A stretch of 64,000 bases of DNA from Chiloscyllium plagiosum (Eukaryota). Positions within the stretch are counted from its first letter, which is position 1, and each line of letters starts with the position of its first letter. Location: NCBI RefSeq assembly GCF_004010195.1, contig NC_057719.1:73473447-73537446 (forward strand), read 5' to 3'. This document shows, piece by piece, positions 48,629-59,415 of the stretch. Position numbers and translations under genes: made by a program. Under the pieces are notes generated by a model. The model had not been told where the DNA came from, ran no database searches, and saw only the letters and a list, made by a program, of their open reading frames with translations.

Positions 48629-51600
48629 GATTTAAACTGATCAAAAAAGGAAGCAAGGGTGAAGTGAGGAAAAGCTTTTTCACTCAGCAAGTAGTTCATA
48701 GATTCTTAGAATCCCCACAGTGGAGAAGCAATCCATGGAGTCCATATGGACTCTGCAAAGAGCATCCCACCCAGACTCCCCTACCCTCTCCCTGTAATCC
48801 TGCATTTCCCATGGCAAATCCACCTAGCCTGCAAGTCCCTGAACACTATCGGACAAGTTAGCATGACCAATCCATCCAACCTGCACATCTTTGGACTGTG
48901 GGAAGAAACCCAAGTACCTAGAGAAATCCATGCAGACACTGGGAGAATGTGCAGACTTCATACAGACAGTTGCCTGAAGCTGGAATTGAATCTGGGTCCC
49001 CAGCACTGTGAGGTAGCAGTACTAGCCAGTGAGCCATGTAGTTAGGTTAAGAAATGCACTGCCTGGAAGTATGGTGGAGGCAGGTTCAGTTGAGTCATTC
49101 AAAAAGGCATTGGAATATTATTTGGATAAAAGTAATGTGCAAGGGTAGCTGTAAAAAATCAGGAAGTTGGCACTAGGTAATGATGCTCATTTAATTTGCC
49201 AGTGAAAGCATGAAAACTGAATGGCCTCGTTCTGCACTGTAACACTTGTATGATTCTGTGAATATTGGAGCTTCTGTTTTCTTGACATTGAGAATCTAAT
49301 TTGTCTAATCTCACCATATTTTCCCGATTGGCTTGCCATACCTCTAATTCACGGGCTGGGAAAAATCCAGCTCTATATGATCTCTGACTTCTCCATTGAG
49401 GGGAACACCACCTGTTTGACAGATGGGTTTCCTCTGTCATCTGATACAGAGTGAGAAGAATCCCAGCTTCATCCAAACTTATTAGTAAACTGAGTGTTCA
49501 AATGTTCTCTGTAAAACCAAATTCACAGTGGAGTGTCAACTTGGTATCAACCTTCCATTATCAATTCACCAATGTTTCTAACTTGAACTGACTTGGCACC
49601 AAAGTGAACTCATTGCCCCTCTCTCATACTTGACATTGCTGTTGATGAAATAACGTGACAGTTGGGGGTTGAATCTCTTCCTCGTTAGACAGCAAATTCC
49701 AGGATGCGTGGTGAGCATCAAGCTATGAATGTGTTGCCATCATTTCCCCCATTGCAATCTGAGCATTCACTGTTTCCCATCTAACAGCTTGATATGCAAG
49801 AATGACCTGGATATTATCACATATTTCTTCAAAAGTTCTGAAAAGTTTGTGATTAAAAAAGGTTGATCTCTGATCTGTTGAAATGAATAGTAAATCCTGT
49901 TGAAGTAAATTGGATCACTAGGTCTGTTAAGAATTTATTTTGTGTGTACTCATGATGTGAAAACAATCTTTAAAAAATCTTATGCACTATCACAGCAGAA
50001 GCGTTTTATGCTATCTAATGTTTTTGGTCTTTGACATAGCATCAGTTTTGTTTTTTACCTCATTTCCAGCACCTGCAGCATTTTGCTTTTGGCTCGCTTT
50101 TTTTGCCCTCTAAATTTGGACAGTGTTAAAACATGAAAGCTGAGTTAAGTACGTCGCACAAAAATATTGGCTGATATGACACGTGTTAGGACTAACATGA
50201 CAAATGATAAGTACACAGTTCTCACGTTGCATCAGTTGATCTTTGGGATATGTCATTCGTGCATTTGACCTTATGAGTGCAAGCTGGAAAGTTTTGGTAA
50301 TATGCTTTTTTTTTCAGTCTTGTTTCACAGCAAGTTATGTGCATCCTAAATTACCCCAAGACAACTGTTGTGTTCTATTAAAGATAACACATTGCCTTCA
50401 GTTGTGGAGTTTTAGTCGTAAAGCAGGGTGAGGAGAGGAAGGGAGCTGGGTACTTTTGCAGGGTGTGGTTCATTGCATGTAGGATAAAGAAGCAAATGCT
50501 GGTCATTCAGTCATGCAGCTAGAACTCAACTACTTCTGCTTTTAACTCAAGTGTGTTTTCAAGTGGAAGAGAACCACCAAGGGGCAAACATTCTGAGATT
50601 TATATAAACAAGAAGCTAATTGACTATTAGCTTTAGCCATGGACTCTGGTTTGAACTGCCAGTGTGCAGATTTCCCAGGCTGCCTATAACTTGCCAGACT
50701 CAGCAAGGTGGGAGGACAGTGAGGATTGAAGAGAATTGGTAATTGACAGGTTGGAAAGTCTTTTTCATACAGAGCTGTATCAGCTGCTGCTTTGCTCAAG
50801 CGAAAGGCTTTAGTTTACATGATTTATTCTGAGACAGAGCCTTTATTGCACTTAAAGTGGTTTTCAAGACTTTGGAGGTAATTTCTACTGCCTTAGATAT
50901 TTTTTGGCTTTGATCTCCTCTTCCTGGCTCTTGATCATTGGAGCAGCCTATGAGGGGAAACAGATAAGCAGCACCAAAAGGCATACCATCTGCCTTCTCC
51001 TCAATCTCCTCCCACTCCACTGGACTGAGAGGATGCCCATAGAGCTCCAATGCACTGTATAGGATACACAGGCAGATGTTTAGCTTTCCAGAATCTACTG
51101 TTTTTGCATTTGGCCTTTGTTGATGTCTAGAAACCAAGTCCCTTTCCAAGGCCAGAGGAGTACAAGCACCTTGAGAACTCTGCTTCTGTCCTGTTTTTCC
51201 ATCTTCCCTCTCGTGGCCTACCTGCACTTAATCGTTCACAGGAGATGGACTTTATGGGGGATGAATGCGTTTATTGCACATCTCTAAATGCTCCTGAGAA
51301 GTTGGTGGTGAGCTGCTTTCCTCAAATGCTACAGTTCAGGTGATGATAAAACATCACTTCAAACATCTCGATATTCAATTCCATCTGCCACTTATCTGAC
51401 CACTCTGGTCACCTATTTATGTCCTATTGTACTGATCAGCAACATCTTTACTGTTTACCACAGCCCTGTTTGATCTAATTGATAAACTATGACATTTTAT
51501 TCCATATTCTGATATCCAAGTCATTTATATATCAGTGAAAAACATAGTGATCCCAGTGTTGAACCTTCATAAATACTACAGTATACCATTCTCTGGTTTG

Positions 51601-52688
51601 AAAAATAAAATTTCTCTGGATTTGATGATTTCTGTTCTTAAGCCAGTTTTTTTTATCCATGCTGACACGGACTCCTGTTCCAACTTGGATAAGCAACTTT
51701 TTAAGTGGAGATGGTCAGAAACCATATAGCGAACATCCACTTTCTTTCTGTCACCAAAAGTCTCCGTCACTTCATCAGAAAATTTAATAAATCCATCAGC
51801 AGCTACTTGTACTGGCTCTCCTCGATTAACTCCAATTTCTCCAAGGTCTTGGTTAATTTCTTTTTGAAAATGTTACCCACCACTGATGTTAAACTGTAGT
51901 TACAAGGAATGTCTTTGTGCCCTTACCTTGCTACTTCCCAATTCTCTGAATCTGGTGAGAGGATGGGATAGCATCTTTTGGGAAAGTGGCTGTCAAGGAT
52001 TGTTGGGAGCTGGCACCAACATGAGATTTAATGTCAATAGTGGCTGTGTTTGGGTAAGGAGATAGCTGAAGGGAGAGAGGATGAAGTAGAAAGGTGTGTT
52101 AGCCAGAGCAATGCTGTGCCTGAGAATGCTGGGGTGGCCACAATGGGGTGTTTGGCAATTGTTGGTGGAATGCCTCTCCTCTTCACTGCACTGATGAGGC
52201 CATTGATCCTTTTCTGGTCCTATATTCATAGTCCAAGGACCATCCTCATGATGTTCACCATCTTAGTGACTTCCAGTCATGCTTCCTTGCTTTCAAAGGC
52301 TGGCCTCTTTCATCGTCCATGGGGAGCAAACTTTCTCTGTAGGCTCTGAAGCCATCAGCTTGATTGCAGGGCTCCCTCTGAGAACAGAGGGGAATCCTTC
52401 CCATGTTGAGACTCCAGTTGCTGTTTCTTCTTTGATAATCATAGAATGGATCAATCCTGTCCCTTTCTGAGGCAAGTTTTCCAGTATATTTTCAGTCATC
52501 CAGGCATAAAACAAATAACAAGAATCCAGAAAAAGTATATTCCTGTCAGGGTGAAAGGAAAGACTGGTAGGTATAGGGAATGCTGGATGACTAAAGAAAT
52601 TGAGGGTTTGGTTAAGGAAAAGAAGGAAGCATATGTCAGGTATAGACAGGATAGATCGAGTGAATCCTTAGAAGAGTATAAAAGCAGT

Positions 52689-52878
52689 AGATTAGATTAG
52701 ATTACTTACAGTGTGGAAACAGGCCCTTCGGCCCAACAAGTCCACACCGACCCGCCGAAGCGTAACCCACCCATTCCCGTACATTTACCCCTTTACCTAA
52801 CACTACAGGCAATTTAGCATGGCCAATTCACCTGACCTGCACATCTTTGGACTGTGGGAGGAAACCGGAGCACCCGGA
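52689..52878 (-). mobile_element. 5'-truncated HE1-like SINE inserted in CR1
   Basis: (AGATT)3 tail and body near-identical to 26145-26325. Confidence 0.9.
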
Positions 52879-53029
52879 GTCGGAGTATACTTAAGAGGAG
52901 AATCAGGAGGGCAAAAAGGAAACATGAGATAGCTTTGGCAAATAGAATTAAGGAGAATCCAAAGGGTTTTTACAAATACATTAAGGACAAAAGGGTATCT
53001 AGGGAGAGAATAGGGCATCTCAAAGATCA

Positions 53030-53620
53030 CGGACCCCACCACCAAGGATATATTTCCCTCCCCTCCCCTATCAGCATTCCGTAAAGACCACTCCCTCCAT
53101 GACTCCCTCGTCAGGTCCACACCCCCCACCAACCCAACCTCCACTCCCGGCACCTTCCCCTGCAACCACAGGAGGTGCAAAGATTGGTTGCTGTGTTCCC
53201 TACCTCACAGCGGGGGCTCGGCTTCAGAGTGTACTGCAGTGGCTATAAAGTGCTTTGAGGTGTCTGGTGGCAGCGAGGGTGCTATGGAAATGCACAATGT
53301 TTTCTTTCTTGCAACAAACCCACCGGAACAACCAAGCTGGAGAAACTCAGCAGGTCCAGCACAATCTATGTGGAGAAATCACTATCTAAGGTCTTTCTGC
53401 CAAAGTACGGGTGGTGATGGCTCGCACGAGGGGACATAGCTTTAAATTGAGGGGTAAGTGATTTCCGACGCCCCTCCCCCAAGTCCCTCCTCCCTATCTT
53501 TTATCTTAGCCTGCTGGACCAACTTTCCTCATTCCTGAAGAAGGGCTAATGCCCGAAACGTTGATTCTCCTGTTCCCTAGATGCTGCCTGACCTGCTGCG
53601 CTTTTCCAGCAACACATTTC
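53030..53620 (+). mobile_element. 591-bp chimeric PLE insertion with 14-bp TSD
   Basis: TSD CATCTCAAAGATCA at 53016-53029 and 53621-53634. It comprises a Neptune ORF piece, an unrelated middle and a pseudo-LTR. Confidence 0.85.
53533..53564 (+). ncRNA. Minimal hammerhead ribozyme, intact core (GUU triplet)
   Basis: TC CTGAAGA A GGGC TAAT GCCC GAAA CGTT GA. Confidence 0.7.
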
Positions 53621-55529
53621 CATCTCAAAGATCAGCAAGGCAGCCTTTGTGTGGAGCCACAGAAAATGGGGGAGATACTATATGAGTATTTTGCATCAGT
53701 ATTTACTGTGGAAAAGGATGTGGAAGATACAGATTGTAGGGAAATAGATGGTGACATCTTGCAAAATGTCCATATTACAAAGGAGGAAATGCTGGATGTC
53801 TTGAAACAGGTAAAGATGGGTAAATCCCCAGGACCTGATCAGGTGTATCCAAGAACTCTGTGGGAAGCTATAGAGGTGATTGCTGGGCCTCTTGCTGAGA
53901 TATTTGTATCATCGATAGTCATAGGTGAGGTGCCGGAAGACTGGAGGTTGGCTAACGTTGTGCCACTGTTTAAGAAGGGCGGTAAAGACAAGCCAGGGAA
54001 CTATAGACCGGTGAGCCTGACCTCGGTTGTGGGCAAGTCGTTGGAGGGAATCCTGAGGGACAGGATGTACATGTATTTGGAACGGCAAGGACTGATTCGG
54101 GATAGTCAACATGGCTTTGTGTGTGGGAGATCATGTATCACTAACTTGATTGAGTTTTTTGAAGAAGTAACAAAGAGGATTGATGAGGGCAGAGCAGTAG
54201 ATGTGATCTATATGGACTTCAGTAAGGTGTTCGACTGATTAGCAAGGTTAGATCTCATGGAATACAGGGAGAACTAGCCATTTGGATACAGAACTGGCTC
54301 AAAGGTAGAAGACAGAGGGTGGTGCTGGAGGGTTTTTTTTCAAACTGGAGGCCTGTGACCAGTGTAGTGCCACAAGGATCGGTGCTGGGCCCTCTACTTT
54401 TTGTCATTTACATAAATGATTTGGATGCGAGCATAAGAGATCCAGTTAGTAAGTTTACAGAATACACCAAAATTGGAGGTGTAGTGGACAGCGAAGAGGG
54501 TTACCACAGATTACAACAGGATCTGGACCAGATGGCCCAATGGGCTGAGAAGTGGCAGATGGAGTTTAATTCCGATAAATGCGAGGTGCTGCATTTTGGG
54601 AAAGCAAATCTTAGCAGGACTTATACACTTAATGGTAAGGTCCTAGGGAGTGTTGTTGAACAAACAGACCTAGGAGTGCAGGTTCATAGCTCCTTGAAAG
54701 TGGAGTCGCAGGTAGATAGGATAGTGAAGAAGGCATTTGGTATGCTTTCCTTTATTGGTCAGAATATTGAGTATGGGAGTTGGGAGGTCATGTTGCGGCT
54801 GTACGGTTGGTTAGGCTACGGTCGGAATACAGCATGCAATTCTGTTCTCCTTCCTATCAGAAAGATGTTGTGAAACTTGAAAGGGTTCAGAAAAGATTTA
54901 CAAAGATGTTGCGAGTGTTGGCGGTTTTGAGCTATAAGGAAAGGCTGAACAGGCTGGGACTGTTTTCCCTGGAGTGTTGGAGGCTGAGGGGTGGCCTTGT
55001 AAAGGTTTACAAAATTATGAGGGGCATGGACAGGATAAATAGACAAAGTCTTTTCCCTGGGGTGGGGGAGTCCAGAACTAGAGGGCATATGTTTAGGGTG
55101 AGAGGGGAAAGATATAAAAGAGACCTAAGGGGCAAATTTTTCACGCAGAGGGTGCTACGTGTATGGAATGAGCTGCCAGAGGATGTGGTGGAGGCTGGTA
55201 CAATTGCAACATGTAAGAGGCATTTGGATGGGTATATGAATAGGGAGGGTTTGGAGGGATATGGGCCAGGTGCTGGCAGGTGGGACTAGATTGGGTTGGG
55301 ATACCTGGTCGGCATGGACGGGTTGGACCAAAGGGTCTGTTTCCACGCTGTACATCTCTATGACTCTATGACTGTATGGTTGGTGAAGCTTTGTTAGCAA
55401 GCCATCTTCCTCAAGGTAAAAACAAAATTTGCCCTGTGTAAAATGAAAATTGATTGGAGTGAATGTAATGAAGCATGATAATGTAACTCACACTCACTAT
55501 TCTAAATTGTAGCATTCAACAGTGAGGGT

Positions 55530-58500
55530 AGGCAATGACCTAGTGATATGATTGCATGACTATTACTCCAGAAACTCAGTTCATATCTTGGGGACCCAGG
55601 TTCGAATCCCGCTATGATGGTGGAATTTGAATTTAGTAAACAAAACTGATGACGGTGAAACCATTGTCAATAGCTGGAAAATCCCATCTAGTTCGTTAAT
55701 GTCCTTCAGGGAAGGAAATCAGCCATCTTTATCTGGTCTGGCCTACATGCCATTCCAGACCCACAGCAATGTGGTTGACTCTGAAACAAACCTCTGAAAT
55801 TGCCTCGCAAACCTTTCAGTTGTATCAATTGCAATGAAGTCTCAAAGAAATGAAATTGGATGGATCATCTGGCAGTGACCTTGGCACCTGAAGAGACAAC
55901 GGCAGATACAGCCCTGCAAAATCCTCCTTACTAACATATGAGGCTAGTGCCACAATTGGAAGGGCTGTCTCAACAGCCTGACATAGTCACACTCACGGAA
56001 TCATACCTGACAGGCAATGTCCCAGACACCACCATCACCACCTCTGGATATGTCTTGTCCCACTAGCAGGACAGACTCAGTAGAGGTGGATGCACAGTGG
56101 TATACAGTCAGGAGGGAGTTGCTCTGGGAGTCCTCAACATTGACTCCAGACCCCATGAAGTCTCTTGGCTTCAAGTTAACCATGAACAAGGAAACCTCCT
56201 GCTGATTACCATGTGCTGTCCTCCCTCAGCTAATGAATCAGTACTCCTTCATGTTGAACAACACTTAGAGGAAGCACTGAGGATGGCTAGGGTGCAAAAT
56301 GTACTCTGGATTGGAGATTTCAATGTCCACCATCAAGATTGGCTCAGCAGCAGTACTACTGTGGAATCGCAGGTAGATAGGATAGTGAAGAAGACGTTTG
56401 GTATGCTTTCCTTTATTGGTCAGAGTATTGAGTATAGGAGTTGAGAGGTCACATTACGGCTGTACAGGACATTGGTTAGGCCACTGTTGGAATATTGCGT
56501 GCAATTCTGGTCTCCTTCCTATCGGAAAGATGTTGTGAAACTTGAAAGGGTTCAGAAGAGATTTCCAAGGATGTTGCGAGGTTTGCAGGATTTGAACTAT
56601 AGAGAGAGGCTGAACAGGCTGGGGCTGTTTTTCCCTGGAGCGTCGGAGGCTGAAGGGGTGACCTTATAAAGGTTTATAAAATCATGAGGGGCATGGATAG
56701 GATAAATAGACAAAGTCTTTTCCCTGGGATGAGGGAGTCCAGAACTAGAGGGCAAAGGTTTAGGGTGAGAGGGGAAAGATATAAAAGAGACCTAAGGGGC
56801 AACATTTTCATACAGAGGGTGGTACGTATATGGAATGAGCTGCCAGAGGAAGTGGTGGAGGCTGGTACAATTGCAACATTTAAAAGGCATTTGGATGGGT
56901 ATATGAATAGGAAGGGTTTGGAGGGATATGGGCCAGGTACTGGCAGGTGGGACTAGATTGGGTTGGGATATCTGATCGGCATGGACAGGTTGGACCGAAG
57001 AGTCTGTTTCCGTGCTGTACATCTCTATGACTCTATACTGCTTGAGCGGGTCGGGTCCTAAAGGACATAGCAGCTGAGTATGCAGCAGGTGGTGAGGGAA
57101 CCAACAAGAGGGAAAACATATGTGACATTATCCTTAACAATCTGTCAGCTGCAGATATATTGTGCATGATAGTGTCAGTAAGCGGGACAACCACACAGTC
57201 ATTGTGGAGACAAAGTTTCACCTTCACATTGAGAATACCCTCCAACATGTTAACCTATCACCGTGCTAAATGGGACAGACCTCAAATAGATCAAGCAACT
57301 CAAGACTTGGCAGCCATGAGGTGCTTTGGGCCATCACCAGCAGCAGAACTATAGTCCAACACAATCAGTAACCTCATGGTTTGGCACATCCCCCACTCAA
57401 CCATTACCATCAAGCCAGGGAACCAACCTTGATTCAATGGAGAGTGCAGGGGTGCCAGGAGCAGCAACAGGATTACCTGAAAATGAGGTGTCTGTCTGGT
57501 GAAGCTACCCAATAGGACTCCTTGCATGCCATACAGCATTAGCAGCAAGTGATAGATAGAGCTAAGCGATCCAACAGCCAGCAGATCAGATATAAGCTCT
57601 GCAGACCTACCACATCCAATCGGGAATGGTGATAGGCAATTAAACAATGCACAGGAGGAAGACCACAAATATTCCCAGCCTCAAAGTTGGAAGAGCCCTG
57701 AACATCAGTGCAAAACATACAGCTGAAGCATTTGCAGCAATCTTCAGCCAGAATTGCCCAATGGATTATCCATCTCGGATTCTTCCTGTGGTCTCCGGCA
57801 TCACAGATATCAGTCTTCAGCCAATTGGATTCACTCCATGTGATATCAAGAAACAGTTGGAGGCACTGGATACTGCAAAGGCTATGGGCCCTGACAACAT
57901 TCCAGCAATAGTACTGTACACTTGTGCTTCAGAACTTGTTGCTCCCCTAGCCAAGCTGTTCCAGTACAGTTATGTAACACTGTCATCTACCCAACAATGT
58001 GGAAAATTTCTCAGGTATGTCCTGTACGTGAAAACAGGACAAATCCAACCCAGTTAATTACTGCCCCATCAGTCTACTCTCGATCATCAGTAAAAGTGAT
58101 GGAAGGTGTCATTTACAGTGCTATCAAGTAGCACCTGCTCAGCAATAACCTGCTCAATGATGCCCAGTTTGGGTTTTGCCAGGTACACTGAGCTCCTGAC
58201 CTCGTTACAGCCTTGGTTCAAACATGTATAAAAGATCTGAATTCCCGAGGTGAGGTGAAAGGGATAGCCCATGACATCAAGGACACACCTAACTGAGTAT
58301 GGCATCAAGGACTCCTAGCAAAACTGGAATTTAATGGGTATCCGGGACAAACTCTCTGCTGGTTGGAGTTATACTTGGCAGATAGAACGATGGTCGTAGT
58401 TGTTGGAGGTCAGTTATCTCAACTCCAGGACATCTCTGCAGGAGTTCCTCGGGATAGTGTCCTAGGCCCAACCATCTTCAGCTGGTTCACCGATGACCTT

Positions 58501-59415
58501 CCCTCCATCAGAAGGTCAGAAGTGGGGATGTTCACCAATGACTGCACAATATTCACCATTCATGACTCCTCAAGTAGTGAAGCAGTCAGTGTTCAAATAC
58601 AACAAAATCTGGACAATATCCAGGCTTGGGCTGACAAGTGGTAAGTAGCATTCATGCCACACAAGTGCCAGGCTATGACCATCATCAATAAGAGACAAAC
58701 TAACCATCCCGCCCTTTGACATTCAATGGTATGATCATCAGTGAATCCCCCACTACCAACATCCTGGGGGGTTGCCATTGACCTCAATTGGACTTGTCAT
58801 GTAAACACAGTGGCTACAAGAACTGGTCAGAGGCTAGGAATACTGTGACGAGTAACTCATCTTGTTACTCCCCAGAGCCTGCCACCATCTACAAGGCACA
58901 AGTCAGAAGTGTAATGGAATACTCCCCACTTGCCTGGATGGGTGCAGCTCCAACAGCATTCAAGAAGCTTGACATCATCCAAGACAAAACAGCATACTTG
59001 ATTAGTACAACATCCACTCTGTCCACCACCATCGCTTAGTAGTAACAGTATGTACTACTTGCAACATGCACTGCAGAAATTCACCAAAGATCCCTCAGAT
59101 AATACCTTCCAAACCCATCACCACTTCCATTTAGAAGGACAAGGGCAGAAGATACATGGGAACACCACTACCTTCAAGTTTCCCTCCAAGCCACTCACCA
59201 TCCTCATTTGGAAATATATTGTTATTCCTTCTCTCTCGCTGGCTAATATCCTGGAATTCCCTCCCTAATGGCATTGTGAGTCAATCCAAATCAGGTGGAC
59301 TGCAACGATTCAAGAAGGCAGCTCACTTCCACCTTCTCAAGGGCAACTAGGGACGGGTAATAAATGTTGGCCAGCTAGGATATCCACATCCCATAAATGA
59401 ATAAAATAAAGAAAA
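55530..59415 (+). mobile_element. Decayed APE-RT LINE (CR1/L2 group, clade undetermined) with tRNA-like 5' head
   Basis: A-box-like TGACCTAGTGA at 55536 and B box GGTTCGAATCC at 55599-55609. APE (PDIVTLTESYL, WIGDFNVHH) and RT (KAMGPDNIP, GVPRDSVLGP, FTND) motifs, with an ATGAATAAAATAAA tail. Confidence 0.8.
56362..57035 (+). mobile_element. Young 5'-truncated CR1 inserted in the LINE APE domain
   Basis: TSD TACTG at 56357-56361 and 57036-57040. VRPLLEYCVQFWSP; near-identical to 54700-55370. Confidence 0.92.

Larger units (their letters stand above)
47590..49260 (+). mobile_element. Old CR1 3' region with nested young CR1 (about 47820-48200), PLE mini-element and HE1-like SINE (about 48698-49040, - strand)
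   Basis: FSYEDRLKKLRLFSLERRRLRGDPIEVFKIM..TRGCGFKL | IKKGSKGEVRKSFFTQQVV. Confidence 0.75.
52527..55372 (+). mobile_element. 5'-truncated CR1 ORF2 (linker, RT and 3'UTR) with nested inserts
   Basis: KSPGPD, NYRPVSLTSVVGK, SQHGF, IYMDFSKVFD, VPQGSVLGPLLF and a (CTATGACT)n tail. Stops, deletions and loss of FADD (FTEY) indicate it is inactive. Confidence 0.95.

Noticed and set aside
53549..55289. Long RT ORFs as an active LINE or domesticated gene
   Set aside because: Premature stop after FSKVFD, deletions, frameshifts, FADD changed to FTEY, 5' truncation and nested inserts.
55536..55612. tRNA gene suggested by the A and B boxes
   Set aside because: No cloverleaf or acceptor stem, and it continues into a SINE-like body and LINE ORF. 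The HE1-like heads are likewise SINEs, not tRNA genes.
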